A stretch of 64,000 bases of DNA from Enterobacteria phage KhF2. The notes under the pieces were generated by a model. That model did not search any database. It had not been told where the DNA came from and saw only the letters and a list, made by a program, of their open reading frames with translations. This document shows, piece after piece, positions 38,500 to 56,174 of this stretch. The stretch lies in sequence record KT184314.1. The stretch is one strand, 5' to 3'. A program made the translations under genes and the position numbers. Within the stretch, counting starts at the first letter, position 1, and the number at the start of each line of letters is the position of its first letter.

Positions 38500-39399
38500 A
38501 TGTCACAAGCAGATTCAAGTTACAAAAATATCCTGAACCATGTTTTATCCGTTGGTGAACTGCGTACTACACGAACTGGAGATGTTATCTCTGCATTTGC
38601 TCCACCTCAGTTTCGTTTTGATATGCGAACTGGTTTCCCACTCTTAACATCTAAACAGGTGTTTACACGGCAAGTTATCGGAGAAGCTTTATGGTTCCTG
38701 AATGGTGAGAATAAACTGGGTGAACTCCGTTACCGCACTTGGGGTGAAAATGACGGAGAACGTTGGACTATCTGGTCAGATGATTTTAAACGTTGGTTAA
38801 GCTCTAACTATTCTTCTGAGCAAGACTGGTTAGAAGATGCAGGTGGGAGAATCTACGGGGTTCAGTGGAGAAACTTCGAAGGTCATAATGGTTGTGTTGT
38901 AGACCAGTTAGAGGCCTTAGTAACGAAGATGAAGGGTGATATCACAGACCGTTACATGCTTGTTAATGCTTGGAATGCAGCAGATATTGCAGCAAACTCA
39001 ATGGCTTTAGCACCTTGTCATGTTCTGTTTCAGATTTATATCACTAATGAAGGTGAAGTGGATTTGCAATGGTATCAGCGTTCTGTAGACACCTTTTTAG
39101 GACTTCCATTTAACATTGCGTCTTATGGCTTCATCTTAGAAGTTCTTTGCAAGATGACTGGATACACTCCACGGTACTTGATAGGTGTCTTTGGAGATAC
39201 TCAGATTTATCAGAACCATATGAAGCAGGTTTATGAACTGATGAACAATGAAGAGTTCCATGCACCTACTTTTGAGATTGGTGTACAGCTTAACACTTTA
39301 AGTGACTTAAAACATCTTACTGCAAGTGACTTTATTGGTGGAATTAACAACTACCAACATGCAGGGAAGATTGAAGCACCTCTGTCAGTAGGCAAGTAA
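38500..39399 (+). CDS. td: thymidylate synthase (ThyA family)
   Basis: active-site ALAPCHVLFQ, DTFLGLPFNIASYG and GDTQIYQNHM closely match ThyA. Confidence 0.85.
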   Translation: MSQADSSYKNILNHVLSVGELRTTRTGDVISAFAPPQFRFDMRTGFPLLTSKQVFTRQVIGEALWFLNGENKLGELRYRTWGENDGERWTIWSDDFKRWLSSNYSSEQDWLEDAGGRIYGVQWRNFEGHNGCVVDQLEALVTKMKGDITDRYMLVNAWNAADIAANSMALAPCHVLFQIYITNEGEVDLQWYQRSVDTFLGLPFNIASYGFILEVLCKMTGYTPRYLIGVFGDTQIYQNHMKQVYELMNNEEFHAPTFEIGVQLNTLSDLKHLTASDFIGGINNYQHAGKIEAPLSVGK

Positions 39400-39402
39400 A
39401 AC

Positions 39403-39435
39403 AAAAAAGGCTCCCGTAAAAAGGAGCCTTAAACT
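39403..39435. terminator. bidirectional terminator between convergent plus-strand and minus-strand blocks
   Basis: AAGGCTCC-8 nt loop-GGAGCCTT hairpin flanked by A-run 5' and T-rich 3'. Confidence 0.6.
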
Positions 39436-39807
39436 TTATTTTTCAGTATTCTTTGTGTTCTTTTCAGTAATAGCTTGCAAGGCTGATACTGATTGAGCCA
39501 GATTATTCACACTGTCAGAGAATTTATCAAGAGTTTTGGTAAGTTTTGCATTCTCACCCTTAACGTTCTCTAACTGAACTTTCTGGTTCTCCATCCCTAG
39601 CTGAATCAGTCTCATGTCAGACTGTAAATCACGAATAGCTGAATAGTTACTTTTGGAATAATTATCTAGCTGCTGTAACTTTGTTGTGACAGACACTTCT
39701 TGCTTACCACTTGAAACTTGCATAGTGGTATACATCCCAATAACACTAAAAATACCAACAACAATTGCACCAATATTATTTTTAAAAGCTTCCTCTAGCC
39801 ACTTCAT
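39436..39807 (-). CDS. membrane-anchored coiled-coil protein
   Basis: N-terminal TM (IGAIVVGIFSVIGMY) then heptad-rich region. Confidence 0.45.
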   Translation of the reverse strand: MKWLEEAFKNNIGAIVVGIFSVIGMYTTMQVSSGKQEVSVTTKLQQLDNYSKSNYSAIRDLQSDMRLIQLGMENQKVQLENVKGENAKLTKTLDKFSDSVNNLAQSVSALQAITEKNTKNTEK

Positions 39808-40001
39808 TTATTCTCCCCCTTAAAAGCTTTTTCTAAGTTATCTACGAACTCATCATCAATAGGTGTGTCTGTTTTACTCGCAAGGTATCTTGCAAGCCTA
39901 AAGAACACTTTCTCAATCATGTATTCACTTAGAAGGGATAAAATGAGTTTCCAGAAGAAGCTACCTAGATTTTTTAGAAGAATTGCTAGGATTGTAGGCA
40001 T
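39804..40001 (-). CDS. small hydrophobic protein
   Basis: 65 aa, one hydrophobic helix, acidic C-terminus. Confidence 0.4.
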   Translation of the reverse strand: MPTILAILLKNLGSFFWKLILSLLSEYMIEKVFFRLARYLASKTDTPIDDEFVDNLEKAFKGENK

Positions 40002-40080
40002 TTAATCACCTCATCAGCCAAGATGGTGAGAATACCCATAAAGAATATTAACACCATCTTAACAATCAGTCAACAAGGGA

Positions 40081-42459
40081 TTAAGCAGTTCTCACCCAAG
40101 CCATTAACTTGTAGAACTGGTTAGTAACACTAAATGCTGAACCAGAACCTGTACCACCAGTGTTACCACTAACTGTATGAGTGTGAGCACCAATACCTAC
40201 AGAGTGGGAATGGTCGCCAGCACCGCTTGTAGTACCAGACCATGTATGTGTATGGTTGCCAGTTGTGTTAGTGTTAGGGAATTTATTGTCCTTTCTGTCA
40301 AGCCAGTCAAGAGTTCTCGTCTTGTTATTACTAACAGTTGTATATCCGTACTGAGCATCACCACCATTAACCAATAGCAGACCTAAGTGGTGAGCGTGGT
40401 TACCAGCAGCACTTGTTGTACCACTTACAGAGTGAGTATGACCACCAGTGCTATTAGTGTTCTTCGTACCATAATCAAAAGAGGAAGTGGTAGCAGAGAA
40501 ACTATGGGTGTGTGATGGTAAGTTACCAACAGCTAACGTCACAGAATCTGAACCACCTGTTGTAGCAACATCTGAACCGTTTGCTGCTGCAATTCTGATA
40601 GTTCTACCAACACCATTGTTCAGGTACGTCCAAGTTAGACCAGGAAGTGCTGTATTAGGGTTAACGTTGCTGTTAAACCACGTTACAATACCTACTGGAT
40701 AGATTTTATTAAGGTCTGTAGAGTCACTAATTGCTTCTGCAATCTTCTGGTCAGTCTCTGCTTTAGTGTATGCACCGATATCTGAAGGGGTTGGTTTAAA
40801 ATCAGTTGTGTAAAGCTGTGCCTCTCCGGCATAGTCACCATTTTTGTCATAGGCATAGGTAAATGTTGCCAGTCCATTTGAGCCATACACAAAAGAGATT
40901 CCTCTTGCATGTGCAGCAGTCTTATTAGAGTGAGCAACATGAATTGCCAATTCTCTCAGTCCACTAGCAACCTGATTGTTTCTGACAAAACCTGAATATC
41001 CAAGATTAAAACCTGAAGGGTTTTCAAGGTTATCTACAGAAACAGTCATTAAGGATTGGTTTAATAACTGAGTTTTAACAAAATATCTAGCATCTAAGTT
41101 AGACCAATCAGAAGGTTGAACTTGACCAGTAATGGTTAGGTTCTTATTAGCCTTAATCGCTGAAGGCATAAGAGTAATTTGAGTCCCAGAGTAGCTGTTG
41201 TTTAATGCCACATCAGTAGAATTTGTGCCACCCACACCTACCCACCACCTAGATACATTCTGGGTATCAACACCACGGATATACAAAGGTTGATTTTGTG
41301 TTAAATTCTTTACAATCAACCCTTCATTGTTAGCAACAATAGTTTGTGTATTCGTGAAAGTATTAGACACATTAAGTTTAGGGAGATTACTCAAAGTTCC
41401 TGCTGGGATATATCTAGAATCGATATTAGTCCAATCAGATGGTTGAACTTGACCAGTGATTTGGACTGTTCTGCTCATGGCAATGGTGTTACCTAGTGAG
41501 ATTTGTGTGTTTGCTAAGTAGTTATAGATGTTTACAGTGTTTTCATCGGTATCATTACCAATATACCACTTACGAGTTCCATCTGATTTTTTTGCTTGGA
41601 TATACAAAGCAGCAGTTGTATCTACATTTTGCAGAGTGATAGCATTAGCATTCTTCTTAACAACAAAGTTAGTGAAAATATTAGAGCCACTAAAAGTATT
41701 ATCACCAACCAACTGTGCAAATCTCTGATTAGCTACTGTCTGAGTAAAATATCTAGCATCTAAGTTAGAGAAGTCAGATGGTTGAACTTGACCAGTGATT
41801 CTTAGTGTTTTGCTAATAGCAGCAACACTAGACAGATTAACTTCACAACCTGTCTTGTAGTTGTGGATAATAACATCATCATTCCCTGAACCATTACCTA
41901 CATACCACCTATTAGCACCAGTGCTATCCTGACCCCTAATATACAACGGGGAGTTCTCAGAAGAGTTTTTTAGTCTAATAGCTTCGCCATTTGCTTGAAT
42001 AACCTGTTGGAAGGTAAAGATGTTATTTGCAGCTAATCTTGAGTATCTCGCATCATTCTCTTCATTAGTTCTCATCCCAAGCTCATTAGGACTTGGTTTA
42101 TTCAGAGTATGGTAAACAGTTGCTGACCTTGAAGCATCTGCAATAGTTAGTTTAAGACCATTTGCGTTAATTTTAAAAGTCTTTAAAACATCCCCGATAT
42201 TAATCTCAGAAGAGCCTGTCGGGTTAAATACTACCTTACCACCATAAAGTAACTTAACAATCCCTAAATCACCCGTCATGGTACTACCAATAATCTGAAC
42301 AAATCTCTCAAGCTTAAAAGATGCTAAGAAGTCTTGATAGGTCATTCGACGGTCTTCATCACCCAGCATTTCAGGTCTCTTTTTAACTCTGACATGAAGA
42401 AGGTCATCTGAACGGATTGTATCGATTGAGTTTAATTCACTCAATTTGTAATCTGCCAT
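40081..42459 (-). CDS. tail fiber protein (long) with three internal repeats and His-rich C-terminal tip
   Basis: start MADYKL with SD GAGAGGAAAA; repeated ITGQVQPSD(F/W)(S/T)N(L/I)D(A/S)RY motif three times; C-terminal HTHS/GNHTH/GAHTHT HxH motifs. Confidence 0.65.
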   Translation of the reverse strand: MADYKLSELNSIDTIRSDDLLHVRVKKRPEMLGDEDRRMTYQDFLASFKLERFVQIIGSTMTGDLGIVKLLYGGKVVFNPTGSSEINIGDVLKTFKINANGLKLTIADASRSATVYHTLNKPSPNELGMRTNEENDARYSRLAANNIFTFQQVIQANGEAIRLKNSSENSPLYIRGQDSTGANRWYVGNGSGNDDVIIHNYKTGCEVNLSSVAAISKTLRITGQVQPSDFSNLDARYFTQTVANQRFAQLVGDNTFSGSNIFTNFVVKKNANAITLQNVDTTAALYIQAKKSDGTRKWYIGNDTDENTVNIYNYLANTQISLGNTIAMSRTVQITGQVQPSDWTNIDSRYIPAGTLSNLPKLNVSNTFTNTQTIVANNEGLIVKNLTQNQPLYIRGVDTQNVSRWWVGVGGTNSTDVALNNSYSGTQITLMPSAIKANKNLTITGQVQPSDWSNLDARYFVKTQLLNQSLMTVSVDNLENPSGFNLGYSGFVRNNQVASGLRELAIHVAHSNKTAAHARGISFVYGSNGLATFTYAYDKNGDYAGEAQLYTTDFKPTPSDIGAYTKAETDQKIAEAISDSTDLNKIYPVGIVTWFNSNVNPNTALPGLTWTYLNNGVGRTIRIAAANGSDVATTGGSDSVTLAVGNLPSHTHSFSATTSSFDYGTKNTNSTGGHTHSVSGTTSAAGNHAHHLGLLLVNGGDAQYGYTTVSNNKTRTLDWLDRKDNKFPNTNTTGNHTHTWSGTTSGAGDHSHSVGIGAHTHTVSGNTGGTGSGSAFSVTNQFYKLMAWVRTA

Positions 42460-42474
42460 TATAAATTTTCCTCT

Positions 42475-42495
42475 CAAAAGGGGCTATAAAGCCCC
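42475..42495 (-). terminator. terminator between the two tail-fiber genes
   Basis: GGGGCT-ATAA-AGCCCC hairpin with U-run on minus transcript that overlaps the next gene's RBS. Confidence 0.45.
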
Positions 42496-42505
42496 TGTAA
42501 AGAAA

Positions 42506-43693
42506 TTAAGCTGTTCTCTGCCATACATACAGTACGAAGGATGGCTGCTCAATGTTGAAAGCTTGTCCACCACCAACACTGTTAGTGTTCCCGCTATGCG
42601 TATGCTCAGAAGAAGAAACTGTTACAGTGCCATTATGTGTATGCGAACCAATACCAACTGTGTGGCTGTGAGCACCAATACCTACTGTATGGTTGTGGTT
42701 ACCAGTTGTGTTGGTGGTAACACTGAAAGAGTGGGTATGTGCACCAGCGACTTCACAGACAGCATCTGCTGAGTACCACGATTGGTCATTTCTTGTAGAC
42801 CAAACCATTGCAGGTCTTTCCGATAGGCCACCGCCTGCTTCATATGTCAATCTGTGGTTGTGAGCACCAGCAGCACTTGTTGACCCACTACCAACATGGT
42901 TGTGGTTACCTGTTGTGTTAGTAGTCTTTGTTCCATAGTCAAAAGAATTGGTAGTCTTAGTTCCATAATCAAAAGCTGAAATTGACACCGTTGCATTATG
43001 GGTGTGACCACCACCACTAAGAGATACAGAGTGTGAGTGTTGTGGCATGTTATTAACTGACAAAGTGACAGTTGAAGCACCAAATACAGAGCCTGCTGGT
43101 CTTGTATCAGAGTCATAACCAACCAATGCTCTACCTTTTGAAACTAACTCCCAAGTTCCTCCACAAATTAAGTATGTAGAAGGGTTTGCAGAGTTCATAG
43201 AAAGATGGATAGTACCTACTGGATAAGAAGCCTGAACAGCCTTGTACAAGTTATTTACTGCTCTCGCTGTAGCATACTTATCTGCATCTTCATTATAAAG
43301 GTTAGATGTTGTCCAGTTCTGGACATTACTCAACCCTACCTGTGCCTTAGTTGTATTATGTGGATTGCTCTTATCCTGAATATGCTGTTGGACAAGATTA
43401 TTAACCTCTTCTGAAGACATAATCTGTAGATTTGCTCTTGCCTGAGCTACATTAGTAACGTCTGATAAGTTATTTGCAGCAACTAACTGAAGAGCATTGA
43501 TAACGTTATCTAAACCAATTTGTGTTTTAGTAACACCATGTGGGTTATTTCTTAGGCTTGAGTGTGGAGCAAGTAATTGCTCAAGAGTACATCTCTTATC
43601 CTCAATACCCTGCTTAAGATGGAAGATATCACTAAGGTCAATTGGTAAGGCTGCTTGAGGCAAGGCACTAATTTGAATTTCACCTACCGCCAT
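42506..43693 (-). CDS. tail fiber protein (short paralog) with His-rich C-terminal tip
   Basis: 395 aa; tandem FDYGTKTTN duplication; multiple HxH motifs; C-terminus VWQRTA parallels MAWVRTA of the long fiber. Confidence 0.65.
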   Translation of the reverse strand: MAVGEIQISALPQAALPIDLSDIFHLKQGIEDKRCTLEQLLAPHSSLRNNPHGVTKTQIGLDNVINALQLVAANNLSDVTNVAQARANLQIMSSEEVNNLVQQHIQDKSNPHNTTKAQVGLSNVQNWTTSNLYNEDADKYATARAVNNLYKAVQASYPVGTIHLSMNSANPSTYLICGGTWELVSKGRALVGYDSDTRPAGSVFGASTVTLSVNNMPQHSHSVSLSGGGHTHNATVSISAFDYGTKTTNSFDYGTKTTNTTGNHNHVGSGSTSAAGAHNHRLTYEAGGGLSERPAMVWSTRNDQSWYSADAVCEVAGAHTHSFSVTTNTTGNHNHTVGIGAHSHTVGIGSHTHNGTVTVSSSEHTHSGNTNSVGGGQAFNIEQPSFVLYVWQRTA

Positions 43694-43695
43694 TA

Positions 43696-51720
<8,025 letters not shown>

Positions 51721-51721
<1 letters not shown>

Positions 51722-51960
51722 TACATTTTTCCTGCTCTTCTAAGTTCGTTGTAAGCAATTTCCTCTTTATACGACCTCTGAATTTCAAGAAATTGTCTCA
51801 ATGATAATAAATCAGAGAATGTCATAGCAAAGAGTTGGTCAAGTGTTTCTTTACACCCTTCCATACCATAAATAGCAAGCACAAATTTCATCTCGTCTGC
51901 TTCTTCATAGGTTGCCTCTACAGCAGCATCAGTCAGTGGTGTCTGTAGAGTGTTACCCAT
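51721..51960 (-). CDS. tail assembly chaperone, frameshift-extension ORF (T-like)
   Basis: -1 frame relative to upstream chaperone ORF with open overlap and slippery heptamer. Confidence 0.45.
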
Positions 51961-51962
51961 GT

Positions 51963-52361
51963 TTACTGAGAAGTTAGGCTTTTGAAAATGCTTGCTTCGA
52001 AAAAACTTCCGAAGTTTGCCTCCAGCGCAAATGCTAAGTAATCAATAAACTCACCGTAGTTTGCTTGGAAGTACGTATCAATATTAAGTGGGAAGTCATC
52101 AACAGTTGCCCCTTGAAATAATAGGGTAGCCATTTCTTCAAGGTTAATTTCTTCAATTCTGTCAAAACAAGCTTCAACAAGTTCTTTAAATGGAACCATT
52201 GGAGCTTCTTTCTTACCCTTGTCAGTCAGACTTGACAGCATCTGTGCAAAAGTTGGAACAACAATTTTACCCAACTTCATAGACATCTTAATACCATCTC
52301 TTGCCCCAAGCAGAACGATATTTACTTTCTTACCATTAATTACTCTAGATTCTGTTTTCAT
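51963..52361 (-). CDS. tail assembly chaperone (G-like)
   Basis: 132 aa between tail tube and tape measure. Confidence 0.5.
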   Translation of the reverse strand: MKTESRVINGKKVNIVLLGARDGIKMSMKLGKIVVPTFAQMLSSLTDKGKKEAPMVPFKELVEACFDRIEEINLEEMATLLFQGATVDDFPLNIDTYFQANYGEFIDYLAFALEANFGSFFEASIFKSLTSQ

Positions 52362-52388
52362 TGTGATTCCTTAATACTTTTAAAAGAA

Positions 52389-52422
52389 ACAAAAAAGGGG
52401 AAGACCTTTTAAAGTCTCCCCC
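52389..52422 (-). terminator. terminator after tail tube gene
   Basis: imperfect GGGGAAGAC/GTCTCCCC hairpin followed by U6 on minus transcript. Confidence 0.45.
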
Positions 52423-52434
52423 TTATAGGATTTA

Positions 52435-52881
52435 TTAAACACTTGACGCTGGAATTGTAGAAGTGTAGTCTAGCTTCTCACAACCAAAAATCCAAGTTTT
52501 AGAGTTCTGGTCACGACCAAGTTCAATCTGCGGTAATTCCTGCAACCAAGCATTAATACCAGTTGCCAGAACAGAGCCTGATGGGTCGTAGATTACGAAG
52601 TTAGAAGAGATATCTTCTTCAAGTTCCATATTGTCTTGTTTAGCTTGAATTGCAGAAAGCATCTGGTTAGAGAGAGAAGTCTGCATTAGCTCAATCTCAA
52701 TAGTACCTGTCTTGTCTGCATTTCTTGTCAGAGCAACCTGACCACCTGCACCAACAACTGGTGTCACAAGCGGTGATGTTCTCTGTAGACGCAAGAATGA
52801 ATCTGGGGCAAAGCCTTCAATGGCAATACCATTCCAGCTACATACAACGTCTTTAGGGGAATATTGCTGATACATAGCCAT
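52435..52881 (-). CDS. tail tube protein
   Basis: 148 aa immediately downstream of sheath. Confidence 0.6.
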   Translation of the reverse strand: MAMYQQYSPKDVVCSWNGIAIEGFAPDSFLRLQRTSPLVTPVVGAGGQVALTRNADKTGTIEIELMQTSLSNQMLSAIQAKQDNMELEEDISSNFVIYDPSGSVLATGINAWLQELPQIELGRDQNSKTWIFGCEKLDYTSTIPASSV

Positions 52882-52896
52882 TCCAATTTACCTCTA

Positions 52897-54249
52897 TTAT
52901 TCGTAAGCCACTGTACCTTTCAAGTCAACATCCAAGATAGCACCTGCTAAGATACCTGCGAAGGTAACGTCTTTCAGGATACGAGCTTTCTTGTCTGCCA
53001 AAGCAACTTGAGAGGCTTTAGGAACATTAACTGTGTAAGATGACAGGAAGTTTCTGTTGACTGCTCTTTGCAGAGAGGTTTCAATGACTTGACGAATACG
53101 GGTAATACCAGTATCATCATAAGTAATCTTACCACCCTTCTGGTTAATTAGCAAGTCTCTCAGAGAAGTTTTCAGGTCTGATTCTAACCAGTCAACGCCA
53201 CGGACGATATCAATCCATTCCCCACCAGAAGTAATCCCTCTACGAACCACTGGAACACCACCATCAAGGTCAATAAAGTTACAGTGACGTACATCTAAAG
53301 CAGACTTCTGAATACTTGTCAGAGGTCTCTGATTAGATGGTTGTAGAGAAGCTGCTACACCAGTTAGCTGAGCATTACCCCAAGCAATTGAACCTGCATC
53401 ATATGGAGCACCATAAGCAATGTATGCCATCTCTGGATAATCTTCTGCTGCTGCGTGATGCCACAAGCAAACTGTACGAGTGTACATATTCTTAGCAAGC
53501 TGTGCTGGAACATCATTTGCACTGGCTAATTCTGTACCTTGCAGGGCTGTTACATCGGAGTTAGCTGTAAAGAAGATTTTCTTGCGAGCCTGAATCTCAG
53601 AAGCCATTGCTAAGACAAACTGTTGAGTTCTGTCTTCTGCTGCAATGAAATACCAGTCAGTAGAGTAAGCTTCGATAGCTGCCAGAGCAGTTGATGCTGT
53701 ATCGGCAGTTGTACTTGCAATATACACAGTCTGTGCTGTAGTTGTTACTTTCACAAAGTCATTATCACCAGCTTTGGTAATAATCATTGTGGCAGAGCCA
53801 TTGCTACCAGTTACATTCACAGAAACCTTATCTTTGATTGTTGGGTCAGCTTCAATCTGTGTTTTAAACTGTTGCAACACTACCTCAGCAGTGTCTGAAT
53901 CTTGTGCTGTGTACTGGTATGGTTGAGAAATTCCACCGCCAGCAGCTACAGTAATTGAGTAGTCTGTGCTTTCGGTAACGGCATCAGGAATTGATACAGT
54001 GTACTGCATAGCGCGTCTACCAATATAAAGCTGAGTTACTTTAGGAGTCTGACTCCAAAGTTGTTTAGCAGCCTTATATGCAGCAGTATTTTCATCGAAA
54101 TCTTCAGCAACTTCAGTTAAGGAAGTGTAACCACGTACTCTTTCTTCAAAATTATCTGTTGAAGCTAAGAATAGTGGCAAACCAAAACCTTCTCTTGTAG
54201 TTCCTGCGGTGTTCAATGTAATATCTACATTAACAATTGGATTCCACAT
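52897..54249 (-). CDS. tail sheath protein
   Basis: 450 aa, position upstream of tube. Confidence 0.7.
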   Translation of the reverse strand: MWNPIVNVDITLNTAGTTREGFGLPLFLASTDNFEERVRGYTSLTEVAEDFDENTAAYKAAKQLWSQTPKVTQLYIGRRAMQYTVSIPDAVTESTDYSITVAAGGGISQPYQYTAQDSDTAEVVLQQFKTQIEADPTIKDKVSVNVTGSNGSATMIITKAGDNDFVKVTTTAQTVYIASTTADTASTALAAIEAYSTDWYFIAAEDRTQQFVLAMASEIQARKKIFFTANSDVTALQGTELASANDVPAQLAKNMYTRTVCLWHHAAAEDYPEMAYIAYGAPYDAGSIAWGNAQLTGVAASLQPSNQRPLTSIQKSALDVRHCNFIDLDGGVPVVRRGITSGGEWIDIVRGVDWLESDLKTSLRDLLINQKGGKITYDDTGITRIRQVIETSLQRAVNRNFLSSYTVNVPKASQVALADKKARILKDVTFAGILAGAILDVDLKGTVAYE

Positions 54250-54849
54250 TTATTTTACCCCTTTGGAGTCTACATCTAGATGGATAGTATATTCTGGTGG
54301 CTCTTGTCCTTCTTCATAAACCAACTCACCATCAACAATGACACGCTCAATAATACTTCCACGTTCATCTTTCAGGACTGAATTTTTTACAAGAGTTACA
54401 ACAAGAGGCGCAGAATTTTCGAAATCTGTATTGAGATAAGTGTAATCATTTGGGATTGCTCCAGTATCTAAAACTGTTGCCCCTGTTTCTTCAAGGATTA
54501 AATCTCTGACTGAACTCATCTCTAATCGTTGTTTAAGCTCAAGCATAATACTGTGAGCACCTTTACCATTCACCGTAATTAATACTGGAATCTGAAAAGC
54601 AATTCTGTAGCAAACTACATCATCCTCAACAAACTTATCAAGAACCCAACCATAAGGTGTTGCAGCATCTTGACAATATACGGTAATAAATGGCTGGTCA
54701 GGTTTTAAACCTTTGTCATTTGAGTTATCAGAAGGGTAAGCTCTAATTACATTTGGTCTATTATTCTTATCACGAGCTAGTCTGTGACCAATAACATCCA
54801 CTAAGGTTCTAACTAGACCTTTTTCAAGTTCTGCTGTTTCTAACTGCAT
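54250..54849 (-). CDS. tail completion/neck protein
   Basis: 199 aa, position between head and tail genes. Confidence 0.4.
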   Translation of the reverse strand: MQLETAELEKGLVRTLVDVIGHRLARDKNNRPNVIRAYPSDNSNDKGLKPDQPFITVYCQDAATPYGWVLDKFVEDDVVCYRIAFQIPVLITVNGKGAHSIMLELKQRLEMSSVRDLILEETGATVLDTGAIPNDYTYLNTDFENSAPLVVTLVKNSVLKDERGSIIERVIVDGELVYEEGQEPPEYTIHLDVDSKGVK

Positions 54850-55225
54850 TCATTTTATCCCTTCTAATAATGATATATTCATAATGGGACGTATGGGCTA
54901 ATTGCTGTGACCAATCCATAGTCATAAATACTTCATACTCATGACCATCAATCATAACAATGTCAGACTCATTCCACTCTACATCATCTGAAGTTCTAAG
55001 CTTATATGTGGTATACAGGATTCTCGTATCAGTAAGTCTAATACCTTCCGGTAAAGCAATCTGTGTACCATTCTTTACAGAACCTTTGATATATGGTTGG
55101 ATATTACCTTTACAGTTAACCTCTACAATATCTTGTGAAGCTACCCAATCACCATCATCGTTATAATAACCGTCTTCAGAGACTTTACGCTTTACTACAA
55201 AGCTGTGTCTGTTTAAGAGTCTCAT
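54824..55225 (-). CDS. head-tail joining protein
   Basis: 133 aa, position. Confidence 0.4.
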   Translation of the reverse strand: MRLLNRHSFVVKRKVSEDGYYNDDGDWVASQDIVEVNCKGNIQPYIKGSVKNGTQIALPEGIRLTDTRILYTTYKLRTSDDVEWNESDIVMIDGHEYEVFMTMDWSQQLAHTSHYEYIIIRRDKMNAVRNSRT

Positions 55226-55704
55226 TTTTTAATACCCTTCTTAGTAGAAATTTTATAAGCAAGGTTATCCCTTAAGTCACCTGTCTCAACAAGAGGTGCA
55301 TTAAAGCCTTTTTTCTTGACTGTGGAAGGTGCGTTAGGAGGGAGGATAGCAGAATTACCAAAACCTCTTTTAATTGCCTTCTGAGCATTCTTTGCAAATG
55401 CTTCTAAGGTATCTGAAGGGTCTGTGTTGAGACTGCTAAGTTGCTTATATAGATTCTTCTTAGTCTGCTCTAACAAGGTCTGTTTGTTTAGCATCATAGT
55501 GATTTCAAACAACCTACGATATACTTTACCAGAAGCTGAAGGAACCCCAATAACTTCTTGTAAATACATTAAAGCAGGATAAGAAAAACCAGAGCTATGT
55601 TGACCTTGTTCTTGAAAATACCCAACTTGAGCATTAGCCGTTTGCAAGTTCTTCATAGCCCCGACTAATTTTGCTCTAGCGGGGTGAATAACCCTTTTAA
55701 CCAT
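55222..55704 (-). CDS. head-tail connector protein
   Basis: 160 aa, position. Confidence 0.4.
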   Translation of the reverse strand: MVKRVIHPARAKLVGAMKNLQTANAQVGYFQEQGQHSSGFSYPALMYLQEVIGVPSASGKVYRRLFEITMMLNKQTLLEQTKKNLYKQLSSLNTDPSDTLEAFAKNAQKAIKRGFGNSAILPPNAPSTVKKKGFNAPLVETGDLRDNLAYKISTKKGIKK

Positions 55705-56153
55705 TATTCATCTCGCTCGATAATAAATACGCCATTAACACGGTTGCAGTAATCTCTGCCTTCGTATCTGGCAGCATCACCATATTCTGTGTATTTCTTG
55801 ACAGAGCAAGGATTCTGACGACGCATGTCAATATCACACTGATTAATACCACCTGCATAGGGTAGTCCTGAAACAGAGCTTTTAACAAGGTCGTCATAAA
55901 CAGCTTTCAGAGATTTGAATCTGGAAGAGTTACGTAAATAAACACCACCAACCTTCTCATCTCCCATCTTGGCTACTTGAAAGAGTAAATATTTAAGAGC
56001 TTTGATGGCTGCTTTCTTTTCATCCTTTCCAGATTCTAGATAGAACCACTCTAGCACAGACTGTTCAATAAGAATTTCATCATTATTGGTGTCTGTGCAG
56101 AGGATTCTTACTCTATCAAGAGGGTTATTGGCTGGGTCGCCTGTATAGCACAT
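55704..56153 (-). CDS. head completion/adaptor protein
   Basis: 149 aa, position. Confidence 0.4.
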   Translation of the reverse strand: MCYTGDPANNPLDRVRILCTDTNNDEILIEQSVLEWFYLESGKDEKKAAIKALKYLLFQVAKMGDEKVGGVYLRNSSRFKSLKAVYDDLVKSSVSGLPYAGGINQCDIDMRRQNPCSVKKYTEYGDAARYEGRDYCNRVNGVFIIERDE

Positions 56154-56174
56154 TCATAACCCTCCTTAAGAATA

